Below, piece after piece: positions 19,791 to 32,048 of a stretch of DNA of 64,000 bases. The notes below the pieces were generated by a model. The model ran no database searches. It was not told where the DNA came from and was given only the letters and a program-made list of their open reading frames with translations. This DNA comes from Vulcanimicrobiota bacterium. GTDB taxonomy: Bacteria > Vulcanimicrobiota > Vulcanimicrobiia > Vulcanimicrobiales > Vulcanimicrobiaceae. The DNA is taken from the NCBI GenBank assembly GCA_963833095.1, contig CAWHWQ010000001.1, forward strand, positions 448,001 through 512,000, in the 5' to 3' direction. The translations under genes were made by a program, and so were the position numbers. Numbering within the stretch: position 1 is the stretch's first letter; every line of letters starts with the position of its first letter.

Positions 19791-20357
19791 TTAAGGCGAA
19801 AGGTTTTTTGGGCCGCTCAGGTAGGGATTGCCGCGTTCGTAAAACCTCAGGAGCCGGCGCGCGGCCGAGCTCACGCCGATTCTGCGGCTGCGCCGAATCG
19901 CTCCCACAGGCCGGTCGGGCGGATGAAGTTGCAACGTCGAATTGGTCAGAAGATTGCAGCCATCGAGCGTCCGATCGATCTCCAGCGCTTGGGACAGGCG
20001 CCCAGGCCCGCTGCAAAGGAGGCGCGGATCCTCTAGCCCACGGCGTTCACGCATCAGCGCGATGCCCTCGAGCGGTTCGAGAGCACGAATCAGCACCGCT
20101 GCCCCCTGTCCATCGGCCTCACTCGAAACGTTGACGCACCAATACCGCCCGTAAATACGGTAGACGTAGGCGTGAAACGGTGCGCCGAACATCGTGCGAT
20201 TGCGGGGACGTACGCCGCGAAAAGCGTGCGATGCCGGATCGCCGATGAGGTAGGCTTCGGTTTCAATGATGCGGCCCGCAGAGGTCCCGGCCGGGCCTAG
20301 GCGCACGAGCCGCCACCCGATGAGCGCCCGCGCCAGTGCTTGCGTCTCCTTCGGCAA
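19791..20357 (-). CDS. mpg: 3-methyladenine DNA glycosylase (AAG/MPG type); start approximate
   Basis: GRIIETEAY, DPASHA, AYVYRIYG, AVLIRALEP, GPGRLSQAL. Confidence 0.92.
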   Translation of the reverse strand: MPKETQALARALIGWRLVRLGPAGTSAGRIIETEAYLIGDPASHAFRGVRPRNRTMFGAPFHAYVYRIYGRYWCVNVSSEADGQGAAVLIRALEPLEGIALMRERRGLEDPRLLCSGPGRLSQALEIDRTLDGCNLLTNSTLQLHPPDRPVGAIRRSRRIGVSSAARRLLRFYERGNPYLSGPKNLSP

Positions 20358-20376
20358 CTCTGGAAGAACCGACGGT

Positions 20377-20775
20377 CTACGCGGCGCTATGCAGTACCAA
20401 TTCCGCGCGAGCGCGCGCCTCGAGATCGTCATCGCCTCCGGTGCAGACCGCGTACGCGGCGAAACGGTTCAGCGCGCAACGCAAGCGCACGTACGGCAAT
20501 ACTAACGGCGGCGGCACATTGCGATGCTCGTTGCAATCGGCAACCAGCTCGCCGTCGGCGAGTCCAAACGACGCGCGCTCGAGGCCGCGTTCCCGCAGCA
20601 TCGCGGCGACCGCGGTCAACGCCGCGTAGCCAATCTCGCGACCTCCCAGACCCTCGAAGCGCGCGACGCGGAAGGCGACCCGCACAAGCCGCTCTCCCGC
20701 CCGCGTCGTCAGGCGAGCGTAGGCGACTCCCTCCCCGAGCCGGTCGGCGGCGAACCCTAGCTGTACCTGCACCAT
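20377..20775 (-). CDS. Hypothetical protein resembling a degenerate RNase HI fold
   Basis: EIGYAALTAVAAML...GL...ADGELVADC...LRCALNRF parallels RNase HI (EY.ALI.GL...DS.LVV...L...F). Confidence 0.55.
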   Translation of the reverse strand: MVQVQLGFAADRLGEGVAYARLTTRAGERLVRVAFRVARFEGLGGREIGYAALTAVAAMLRERGLERASFGLADGELVADCNEHRNVPPPLVLPYVRLRCALNRFAAYAVCTGGDDDLEARARAELVLHSAA

Positions 20776-20779
20776 ACCC

Positions 20780-21949
20780 TTATGATACCGAACGTATGTT
20801 CGTCTCGTCAACCGGGTGTGGCTCCAGCAAGCTCTGATAGAGATCGATCATCGCGTCGACCTGCCGAACCGCCGAGAAGCGGCTCGCCGCCGATTTCGCG
20901 CGACGGGCTGCCGCGGCGTCCGGCGCCGCGGGGATCTCGCGTAGGGCGTGAGCGAAGGCACCGCGATCCGGCGCGACGATGCGCGCGGCATCGCCCAGCA
21001 CCTCGCGATTGGGTTGCGTGTCCGCGGCGATGACGAGCGCTCCGGCGGCCAGTGCCTCGGCTTGAACCAGTCCCTGCGTTTCCGTCGTGCTCGGAAAAAC
21101 GAACGCATCCGCGCTGGCGTAAAGATCCGGAAGCTCTTCGCTCGCGACGACCCCGAGAAATACGACACGGTCGGCAATGCGCAGGTCGAGCGCGAGCCGC
21201 TCGAGCTCGTCGCGCTGTGGTCCATCGCCGGCGATCACGAGCACCAGCGACGGATCGTTCGCTTCGGCGAGGGCGCGCAGGAGCACGTCGACGTTCTTTT
21301 CGCGCGCTAGGCGCGAGACAAACAAGACCAGGCGACCGTCGGCCCGCACGCCTAGACGGCGGCGCAAACGATCGTCGCGCACTCCCGCGCCGAAACGCTC
21401 GACGTCGATACCCGAGGGAACAACATCGATGCGCGCCTCGACCCCCAGGTCGCGAAGATGCCGCGCGACGGCCGGCGTCGGCACGACGACCGCATCCACT
21501 AAATTGCAGAATGTCCGCGTCAACTGGCCCGCCGCAAAACGCGTCGCATTCGGCTCGAACGGTACGTAGTGGGCGTACGCTTCGAGCTGCGTGTGATACG
21601 TGTACACGATCGGCATGCCGTAACGGCGCGCGTACCGCAGCCCGGCCCAGCCGGTTACAAAAAGCGAGTGCACGTGGATCAATCCGAGTCGCTTGATGAT
21701 GTTGTTGACGTTGCGCCGCCCCACCAGCGGCAGGGTGAGGCGATATGGGGCCGCCGTCGGCAGCGGTAGCGACGGCAGCCGGAACACGGCGCCGTCGCTC
21801 TGTGTTCCGCCCGGCATGCTCGGCGCAAAACAGTAGACCTCGTGTCCGCGCGAACGCAAACCCTGAGCCAAGGTGTCGACCGACGTCACCACACCGTTGA
21901 CCACCGGCCGGTAGATCTCGGTAAAAAAGCCGAGGCGCAGATGGGTCAT
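20780..21949 (-). CDS. GT4 glycosyltransferase (diacylglycerol glucosyltransferase-like)
   Basis: FTEIYRPVVNGVVTS, YTYHT, SRLAREKN, ETQGLVQAEA. Confidence 0.88.
   Translation of the reverse strand: MTHLRLGFFTEIYRPVVNGVVTSVDTLAQGLRSRGHEVYCFAPSMPGGTQSDGAVFRLPSLPLPTAAPYRLTLPLVGRRNVNNIIKRLGLIHVHSLFVTGWAGLRYARRYGMPIVYTYHTQLEAYAHYVPFEPNATRFAAGQLTRTFCNLVDAVVVPTPAVARHLRDLGVEARIDVVPSGIDVERFGAGVRDDRLRRRLGVRADGRLVLFVSRLAREKNVDVLLRALAEANDPSLVLVIAGDGPQRDELERLALDLRIADRVVFLGVVASEELPDLYASADAFVFPSTTETQGLVQAEALAAGALVIAADTQPNREVLGDAARIVAPDRGAFAHALREIPAAPDAAAARRAKSAASRFSAVRQVDAMIDLYQSLLEPHPVDETNIRSVS
20782..20811 (-). promoter_or_regulatory. Sigma70-type promoter containing a Gram-positive-type LexA (SOS) box
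   Basis: -35 TTGACG (20811-06), CGAAC-N4-GTTCG (20789-20802), -10 TATCAT (20787-82), 6 nt before the ATG. Confidence 0.8.
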
Positions 21950-22045
21950 GGCGTTACCTTCGCCGATGGCCTTGGGGTCCGCTCTAAAAAGAGGGCACTC
22001 CTGCCGATTTCCGACATAAGGCATATTCCCGGCTCGGAATGGGCA

Positions 22046-22208
22046 TGGTATAGTGCCGGGGTCACTGGTCGCCCGTCCAACAGGCGGCCATCGCGTGGAT
22101 CATCATTGCCGGCTCCCCCTTTGCGAGCCTTGATCCGCCACCAACGGCGTTTCTCTAACTACCAGGGACCATCTCCCCACATCTGTGGGGCGCTATCGCC
22201 GATTTTTT
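22046..22208 (+). ncRNA. Putative promoter plus structured 5' leader or small RNA upstream of the yabE-like/rsmA operon
   Basis: Extended -10 TGGTATAGT; closing stem 22060-69/22161-70; inner stems; hairpins followed by T6. Confidence 0.45.
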
Positions 22209-22299
22209 ACCTACTGTTGGTTCAACTTGCGGGCATTCGTTCGCCACTGCGGGTGCGCGGTGTGCCGGTGCCGGAGTTGGGACAGAAAGGACCTCGGTC

Positions 22300-23283
22300 T
22301 TGATAGGACGCGGCCCCCTACGGCGTAGCCACGTGCTTGCCGTCAGCGTCTTGACCGCCGGCCTCGTATGGGCCGGATTTGTCACCTACCCGTCACCGGC
22401 GTATGCCGGTAATGCGTCGATCGCTACGAACGTCGCGCACGTGGTGATCTTCACCGCGCAAGGTTCGACGACCGAGCAGCCGACCAATGCGACGACGGTT
22501 GGCGCATTCTTGCGCGAACATGGTATCGGCGTCGGTGCGAACGACTACATTTCTCCGTCGGTTGATACGCCGCTTTCCGACCGCATGTCGATCGAGTATC
22601 GTCCAGCGGTATCCGTCACAATCGTTTCCGGTAAACGTCGAAACACGGTTATCACGAGCGCGCCAAACGTTGCAGCGCTGCTGCAATCGCAAAACATTCG
22701 GCTCGGAAGATACGACAGCGTCACGCCCACCCTTACGGACTCGGTTCCTATCGACGGCACCGTGCGCATCGACCACTTCTTGACGTGGCAACGCGTCGAA
22801 CATCGTATTATTGCGATGCCGACGATCAAGCGCGTCAACGTCTCGCTAAAGCCGGGAGCGGCGCGACTCGTGAACAGAGGACAGCCGGGAATGCTCGACG
22901 TTCTCGTATCGTTCACGCAGCGCAACAACGGCGACGTGAAGGCTCGAGTGATCGGCTCGCGCGTCGTGCGCAAAGCGCATGCGCGCCTGGTTGACGTCGG
23001 TGCAGCCGACTCGATGCAGATGGTCGCAACTGCGTACACGCCATATTGCTCCGGCTGCAGCGGCATCACCGCAAGTGGCCGGCCAGCCGGACACGGCATC
23101 GTGGCGGTCGATCCGCGGGTGATCCCACTTGGTACACGCCTGTACATTCCCGGATACGGCTACGCAATCGCCGGCGACACCGGCGGCGCAATTGTTGGCT
23201 ATCGCATCGATCTCGGTTACACTTCATATCGTGATGCGATGCAATTCGGGCGCCGGGCGGTGACGGTATACCGTCTGAAGTAA
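22300..23283 (+). CDS. YabE/RpfB-like cell-wall protein (DUF348-like, G5 and 3D domains)
   Basis: 3D motifs MVATAY, VAVDPRVIPLGT, AGDTGGAI, RIDL; located upstream of rsmA. Confidence 0.85.
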   Translation: MIGRGPLRRSHVLAVSVLTAGLVWAGFVTYPSPAYAGNASIATNVAHVVIFTAQGSTTEQPTNATTVGAFLREHGIGVGANDYISPSVDTPLSDRMSIEYRPAVSVTIVSGKRRNTVITSAPNVAALLQSQNIRLGRYDSVTPTLTDSVPIDGTVRIDHFLTWQRVEHRIIAMPTIKRVNVSLKPGAARLVNRGQPGMLDVLVSFTQRNNGDVKARVIGSRVVRKAHARLVDVGAADSMQMVATAYTPYCSGCSGITASGRPAGHGIVAVDPRVIPLGTRLYIPGYGYAIAGDTGGAIVGYRIDLGYTSYRDAMQFGRRAVTVYRLK

Positions 23284-24107
23284 ATCCGCGCGTTTTACTC
23301 TCGCAGTGGGGCGCACGTCCGAAGAAGAAGTTCGGGCAGAACTTCCTGATAGACCCGGGCGCTTCGCGCCGGATCGCGCAAGTTGCGTGCCAGGACGCGC
23401 CCGCCGGCGCGCGCTTGATCGAAATCGGCGCGGGTACCGGTACGCTCACCCTCGCGCTGCTAGAAGCGGGAGCGAACGTCACCGCTCTCGAGATCGATCC
23501 GCAGCTGGTGAGCATCCTTGGTAATCGCGCGGACCTCGCGCGCGCAACCGTGGTGCTCGCCGACGCGATGACGTACGATTACGCCGCCTTCGCCCGTGGC
23601 GGCGCTTGGCGCGTTGCCGGCAACCTCCCTTACAACATCGCGACCCCGCTCTTGCTCCAACTTATCGAGATGGATGACGGACCCGAAACGATCGTCGCGA
23701 TGATTCAAAAAGACGTCGCGGACCGCATCGGCGCAAAGCCCGGCACCGCTGCCTACGGCAGCCTATCGATCGCGGTGCAATATGCGATGACCGTCGAACG
23801 CGCATTCACGCTCGGGCCTCGCGCATTCTATCCACCTCCCAAGGTCGACTCCTCGGTGATCCGCCTGGTACGCCACGCAGAGCCCGCCGTGCAGCCGCGC
23901 GACCTCGAACTTTTTCGGAAGGTCGTGCGCGGCGCGTTCGCGTACCGGCGCAAGACGCTCGCAAATAGTCTGGCGCTCGCGCTGCACATCGAACGCGATG
24001 TCGTCGCCCGCGCCATTTCCGCGAGTGGTCTGCCTGCGGAGTCACGTGGTGAACAACTCGATCTCGAAGCGTTTTGTCGACTGGCCGACGTCCTGGCCGA
24101 GCGGTAG
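23268..24107 (+). CDS. rsmA: 16S rRNA m6,2A dimethyltransferase RsmA/KsgA; non-canonical start required (ATA 23268 assumed)
   Basis: PKKKFGQNFLID lies upstream of the first TTG; EIGAGTG, GNLPYNIAT, FYPPPKVDS. Confidence 0.92.
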   Translation: MPSEVNPRVLLSQWGARPKKKFGQNFLIDPGASRRIAQVACQDAPAGARLIEIGAGTGTLTLALLEAGANVTALEIDPQLVSILGNRADLARATVVLADAMTYDYAAFARGGAWRVAGNLPYNIATPLLLQLIEMDDGPETIVAMIQKDVADRIGAKPGTAAYGSLSIAVQYAMTVERAFTLGPRAFYPPPKVDSSVIRLVRHAEPAVQPRDLELFRKVVRGAFAYRRKTLANSLALALHIERDVVARAISASGLPAESRGEQLDLEAFCRLADVLAER

Positions 24108-24811
24108 CTTCCGCGCCTTCCCGACGGCGTTGTTATTCGTCGTCGTCGTTTTTCCGATGTTCGCGTTCGGCATCTATCAGGTGATCGCTGTCGGCGTCGT
24201 CAAGCATCGATCAAAAACTGCTGGGCGATCCGCTCGTGGTCATCGCGTCGCTCGGACTCACACTCCTGGTCGAAGGCGGTCTTGCGCTGATCGTGCTGCT
24301 GCTGCTGCCATGGGCATCGCGGCTTTCGCTGCGCGCGCTCGGCTATCGGCCGCCCAGCGCGCGGGATCTGCTCGCTGCATTCCTTGGCTCGCTCGTCATG
24401 GCGCTGGTGGCCAACGGCGGGGCTTCGCTCATTCAATCGCTGCTCCACACGAATCAAGACCAGCAAGCCGTTGAAATGCTGCGCCAGCTGCACGATCCAA
24501 GGCTGTTGATAGCCTTTACCGTTTTTGCCTGCGTGCTCGCGCCGCTCATGGAAGAAACGATTTTCCGTGTCTTCCTTTTCAACGCGGTGCGGCGGTATCT
24601 GGGATTCTGGCCCGGTGCGCTGGTGAGCGGGCTTTGCTTCGGCGTCGCCCATGGCGATCCGATCGCTTCGCTTCCGCTCGCGCTGGGCGGCGTGGTCCTC
24701 GCGTTTGTTTACTATCGCACGAACAACGCGTTCGCATCGATGGTTACCCATGGTCTCTTCAACTCATACACGATCCTCGCGCTGATCTTCACTCCGCAAC
24801 TGGCGAAGTAG
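24049..24811 (+). CDS. CPBP (Abi/CAAX) intramembrane protease; indel near 24205
   Basis: APLMEETIFR, FGVAH, HGLFN. Confidence 0.85.
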
Positions 24812-24821
24812 GCAAACCCCC

Positions 24822-25793
24822 ATGCGCGTTGCAGTCGACGCTTGGAATCTCGTCAACGATCGACGTGGCATGGGTCGCTACGTCAGACGCGTTCTAACCG
24901 ACTGGCAGAACGAGCGCGATCTCGAAGTGACGCTGCTCGTTCGCAAGGCCGGCCACGCGGCATTGCTGAACCGAGAATTTCCCTATCACGCGCGCAGCGA
25001 TCTCAAGGGCAGCTACGACGTTGTGTGGTACCCGTGGAACGCGCTGCGCTTTGCCATCCGCGGCGCGCGCAGCGTCGTCCTCTTTCACGACGCTTTCGCG
25101 TTTGCGTATCCCCACGCAAATTGGGTAGCGAGGTATCGCGAGCAGGCGCCCATTCGTCGCGCCCTTGCGCGCGCCGACTGCCGGTCGGCAAATTCCTCAT
25201 GGACGGCGAGCGAATTTGCGCGCATCTTCAATCTGGCCGCCGACTCATTCAGTGTCATTCATCCGGTGCCCGACCCGTGGTGGCAGCCGGTAGCGCCGAC
25301 GCAGCATACGCCATATATCCTCGTTGTCGCCGGCCCCGAAGAACGCAAAAATCTCCCGACGCTCGTGCGCGCGTTCGCCCGCGCGTTCCCGGCGCGCGAC
25401 TGCTCTTTGCTCATCGCCGGCAACGCGCCTCGAGCGAACATCCATCCCGACGACACGGAACTGCGCGCGCTCTATAGCGGCGCGCTCGCCGTCGCGGTTC
25501 CCTCGAACGCGGAAGGCTACGGCTTGATGGCGGTCGAGGCGATGGCCTGCGGCGCGCCGGTCATTGCGAGCGACGCATCGGCGCTCCCCGAGGCGTGTGA
25601 CGGCGCGGCCGAACTCGTGCCGGCATTCGACGTCAATGCGTGGGCGCTTGCGCTGCGGATGATCGCTGACAACGCAAATATGCGGACGATCATGCGCGAC
25701 CGTTCGCTCGCGCGCGCCGCACGCATCGATCGCAGCGCGCCGGCGCGCCTTACGCTCGGGTTGCTTCGACGATCGCTCGAAAGCGCTCGATGA
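24822..25793 (+). CDS. GT4 glycosyltransferase
   Basis: RGMGRY, EERKNL, EGYGLMAVEAMACG. Confidence 0.87.
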   Translation: MRVAVDAWNLVNDRRGMGRYVRRVLTDWQNERDLEVTLLVRKAGHAALLNREFPYHARSDLKGSYDVVWYPWNALRFAIRGARSVVLFHDAFAFAYPHANWVARYREQAPIRRALARADCRSANSSWTASEFARIFNLAADSFSVIHPVPDPWWQPVAPTQHTPYILVVAGPEERKNLPTLVRAFARAFPARDCSLLIAGNAPRANIHPDDTELRALYSGALAVAVPSNAEGYGLMAVEAMACGAPVIASDASALPEACDGAAELVPAFDVNAWALALRMIADNANMRTIMRDRSLARAARIDRSAPARLTLGLLRRSLESAR

Positions 25794-26822
25794 AGCGCTG
25801 CGGCGAGAACGTTTCGGCGTGCGCGCGTAAGCGCCGTTGATCGTAAGGGCGCGAATCGAACCCTCGCAAGACGGCGGCGAGCGACTCTGCCGTCGGCTCG
25901 CCGAAGAAAGCGCCCGTCTCCCCCTCGATCACCGTTTCGCGAGCGCCGCCCGCTCCGTAGGCGATGGTCGGCCGTCCTGCGGCCGCTGCTTCGATCGGCA
26001 CGAGTCCTAAATCTTCTTCTCCCGGCACGATCGCGGCGATCGCGTTGCCCAAGAGCTGATTGACAGCCGCGTCATCGACAAAGCCTAGCATCGTCGTGGT
26101 GCTCGATCGCGCCCGCTCGCGCAGCGCGCCATCGCCGGTCCATCGCCGGCAACGAGCAGTTTGACGCCGGCGAGCCGCGCGGCATCGATTGCAAGATCGA
26201 TACGCTTGTACGGCAAAAGGCGCGATGCGATGAAGAAGTAATCGCCGGCCCCGCTGCCGATCGTGAACCGGTCAACGTCGGCGGGCGAATGCAGCACGTC
26301 CGCATCGCGCGCATAGAAGGTGCGGACCCGTTCCTGCACTGTGCGGCTATTAGCGACGTACCGCGTCGGCCGCTTGGCAGCCTCAAGATCCCAACGTACC
26401 AGGCCGCGCACCATCGGCCTTGCGAGCCGCGAAAGCCCGAACCCGCCAACGTACCGTTCATAGTCGAAGAGAAAACGGCTGACCGTGTGAATGAAGCAGA
26501 CGTGAACGGCATCCTCGCGTATACGGACGCCCTTTGCCCAAGCGCTCGTCGAACTCAGGATAAGATCGTACTCACGCAGATCGAAGGCCTCGAATGCGTG
26601 AGGATAGAGTGGCGCGAGGTAGCGAAAGTTCCGGTTGGCTCCCGGAATCCGTGCAAGCAGCGAGGCGTGCACCCGCTCGCGCGGGATCAAGTCGCCAACC
26701 GCGCCTTCGTCGTAGAGTGCGGTGAAGACCGGCGCTTGCGGCCATGCTTGCGCGAAATGTGCAAAGACGCGCTCGGCGCCTCCGCGCTGATTTAAGTAAT
26801 CGTGAACCAGCGCAACGCGAAT
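25750..26822 (-). CDS. GT4 glycosyltransferase (WbaZ-like); ATT start; indel near 26090
   Basis: (I)RVALVHDYLNQRGGAERV, RLLPYKRIDL, EEDLGLVPIEA. Confidence 0.85.
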
Positions 26823-26825
26823 GGC

Positions 26826-28126
26826 TTAGGAATCTTCTCTTGGAAGAACCAGCGCGATCGTCGGGTTGCTCAAGTACTTGCGCGCAACGCGTTGCAAATC
26901 GCTCGCGCTCGTCTGCGAGATCGCGTCGAGCGTGCGCGAGAGATAGTCCGCCTGTTGTCCATTTTCGTCATAGACCACAGCCAGCCAGGCTCGTGCCTCC
27001 AGGCTATTTGCGCTGCTGATAAAGTCCCCTGAGGCCATTGCTTTGAAATCCTCAATGGAACCTTGGAGTTTCGCGGATGCGAGAATGCTGGCAATCGAGA
27101 GCGCCGTCGCAAACGAGCGGTTCGGGTTCCCGATCCCCCCATTGACATACAGTACCAAGTTAGGCCGAGCGTTTTCGTATTGGTAAAGCGCGCCGACCGC
27201 TCGCGACGCATAGGTCTCGGAAACGACGCCGGGCACGTCGGCCATGTCGGCAAGCGTGCGCTGCATGAACGACGCAAGCACGAGCATCGGGCCAAAGTCT
27301 TTGCTGCCGACGAGCGGCGCAGGATACTGTGCGATAAGCCATGGTGCCGTGATGTCGCGCTGCGCGACGAGTTGTCGCGATGCGCCGGTGAGCTTAGGCA
27401 ATTGGACGCTCAGGGCCGTGGTGCTGCCGTCGGGCAGCGTTTGCCCAAAGCCCGCGAGCGTTCCCGCCGAAAGCGCGTCAATGCGGCCGGCCGCACTGAC
27501 ATACGTTCCACCGCGGCGATAGTAGGTAGCGTAGAACGCTTGCGCGTCGTCGGGACCGAGCGTGCGCGAGCGCAGCCGGCAGTCCCAACTCCGGCAAACC
27601 GGCATTGGCCGACGCGGCCAGCGTGAGCTGAGCATGTCCAGCCCGACCTGCAGCGCGATTTGCTGATTTTCGTCGATCGCCTGGTCAGCGTGACGCGCGC
27701 GGCCTGCACGGACGCGGCGTAGAAGGCGGGCGCCGCCAGCGCCGTGCGCGAAGCGTCCAGCACCGTCGCGGCATCCTCGCGAGCGCCTCGACGTCAAAGC
27801 GTACGTCGCCCGGATCGACGGTAAAGCGAACCGAACCGCCGCGCGCAGCGATCGCGTCGCTAGCGGCGCGGAAGGCGAACCGACCGGCGTGCGCAGGATC
27901 GTCTGCGCGGTGAACGCCGCGAGACCGTTCTGCTTCATCGTCTGGCGGTCGAGCCCGGCGCGCACGACGTACACGACGTCGACCAGCGATGCGTTGGCGT
28001 CGAGCTGGCGAACGATGGTCGTTCCGCCGCTGCTCTCCATCGTCGGGGCCGGCGCGGCGGCACCGGCTGCGAGCGCCGCAGACGGCGCGGCGACGAGCGC
28101 GGCCAGAAGGCGGCGATGAGTTTCAA
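26826..28126 (-). CDS. Secreted M16 (insulinase) family homolog without HxxEH; indels
   Basis: Signal peptide, RAGLDRQTMKQNGLAAFTAQ, FYATYYRRG, C-terminal DLQRVARKYL. Confidence 0.65.
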
Positions 28127-29437
28127 GATGTGGACTCCTTCGAGGTTGCGGACGAGCGTGACCGTAACCGCGTTCTTCAAGTAGCGTCGCACGATGACGG
28201 CAACGTAGTGCGGGATCGAGTTCGCGGGCCTTCGCGATGTAATTGCCGTTGGCGTCACCCGGCGCGTACGTGGCGTTGCCCTCGGCGGCGTACCAGCCGA
28301 GATTGTCCGCCTGCTGCTGCGGCGTCTGCGTATCGGAGGCAAGGTGATAGAGAAACGCTTCCCGCGCCGCCGCAAACGCGGCCGGATCCATCGGTTTTTC
28401 GAGCTTGGCAAGCTCGTCGAGCACGCGCTGTTTCGCCGCTTTGGCGGCGTCGCCGCCGACGGTGACGACCAGCACGCCGGGATCGTGCAGCGTGATGAAC
28501 TGCCCGTTGACGTAGGCGTCGGTCTTGCTCGCATCGAGCGCACGCGACACGACGCCGGTGTCGTCGCGGAACAAGATAATCGGCGATGAAGTCCATCGCG
28601 GTCGCCGCTTTTTCGTCGGCGATCGGCGGCCCGGCCCATGCCAAGCCGAGGCCGTCGACCGAGCCCGTCGACGTCTTTCTCCGCGAGCCGGCGCCAGCGT
28701 CGAATCGATCGGCGCGTCCGGCTGCCGCGGTGCCGCCGCCGTCGGTTACCGCGTCGATGCTCGACGCATCGACGTTGCCGGCGAGCGCGAGCACCGCGTT
28801 GCTCGAGCGGAACGCGCGCTTCGCAAAGGCGTCGACGTCGGCCGGCGTAATGCTGTGCGATCTGCGTCAGACGTCGTCGGAATCGGCGAATAGTGCGCCG
28901 GTCCCGAGGCAAAGAGTTGCGCAAAGAGCGGGTCGTGCAAGAGATCCTCGCGGCCGCGTACGTATTGCTTGCACCGCCAGGACCGCCGCGTCGCGCTGTG
29001 CCGACCTTCACGCGATCGTCGTCGATGGACGGCGCAAAGTATGCGGCGGTCATCGCGGCGACGATGCGCCGCGCCTGCGGAGCGGGTACGACCGCGTCCA
29101 CGCTGACGATGTCCGGATAGACGTTGATGTTCAAGTCGCCGCCGACGCTGTGCACCAATGCGAAGAGCGATTTGCCGCGATGCCAGCGGTGCCGCCGCAG
29201 CGGCCGTCGCCGCGAGCCGCGAGATACCGGGCGAAGCGTTGTCGTAGCCTGCTCCCGGCGCACGGAACCAAAGGCTGACGGCCGCGGCTGCCGACCGTCG
29301 TGTCGGGGCGCAGAACGTAGGTGCCGCCGCGCGGCAACGCTCCGGCCTGCTGCTGCGCCGAGCTCGCCGCACACGGCAACGGCGCAAGCATCTTGCCGAT
29401 ACGCCGAGCATAACGGCCAGGAGCAGCGCCCCGCGCT

Positions 29438-29441
<4 letters not shown>
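28123..29441 (-). CDS. Secreted M16 family homolog without HxxEH; many indels
   Basis: LWFRAPGAGYDNASPGISRLAA, LALAGNVD, VAVIVRRYL. Confidence 0.6.
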
Positions 29442-31376
<1,935 letters not shown>

Positions 31377-31465
31377 TTATTTTGCTTTCGGACCCAGGTG
31401 CGTCGCTAGATTAAACACGTTTCCCGGGCGAACGTTTCCTTAGACGGCGCCGCTCTCACACAGGC

Positions 31466-32048
31466 TTAACCGTCGGTAAAGACCTCGGGCCGAAGCTGCG
31501 CCAGGTACGGCAGGTTCCGGAACAATTCCTGATAGTCCAGACCGTAACCTACGACGAACGCGTCGGGCGCCTGAAGCCCCACGTATTCGACCGTCACGTC
31601 GACCAGCCGGTGATACGGCTTGTCGAAGAGGACACAGGCGCGCAGACTCGCCGGATTTCGCTCTCCCAGTAACGCGCGCAAGTACTGCAGCGTGAGGCCG
31701 TTGTCGACGATGTCTTCGACAATCACCACGTGCCGGCCGGCTGACCGGATCGGTCAGATCCATGAGAAGTCGCACCTCACCTGAGGATCCGCTGGCATTC
31801 CCATAGCTGGAGACGCACATGAAGTCCACGCGATCTCGCTGGGCCCGTCCGGTATCGCCGCAGAGGCGCGGGCCAGGTCGGCGGTGACATAAAGCGCACC
31901 CTTGAGGACGCCGAGAAGTGTCAACGGCACGCGGCGGTGATCGGCCAGCGATCTCGCTGGCCAGCCGCTCGATTGCCGACGCGATCTCGCTGCTGGAAAA
32001 GAGCGTGCGCGCAAGAGCGCCGTCATAGGCTCGCATCGTCTTCATCAC
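31466..32048 (-). CDS. hpt: Hypoxanthine phosphoribosyltransferase (indels)
   Basis: GVLKGA, SSYG, IVEDIVDNGLT, FVVGYGLDY; tilS-hpt-ftsH synteny. Confidence 0.9.

Noticed and set aside
22060..22210. c-di-AMP riboswitch, SRP RNA or 6S RNA
   Set aside because: Their hallmark conserved sequences were not found by eye; kept as an unknown structured RNA
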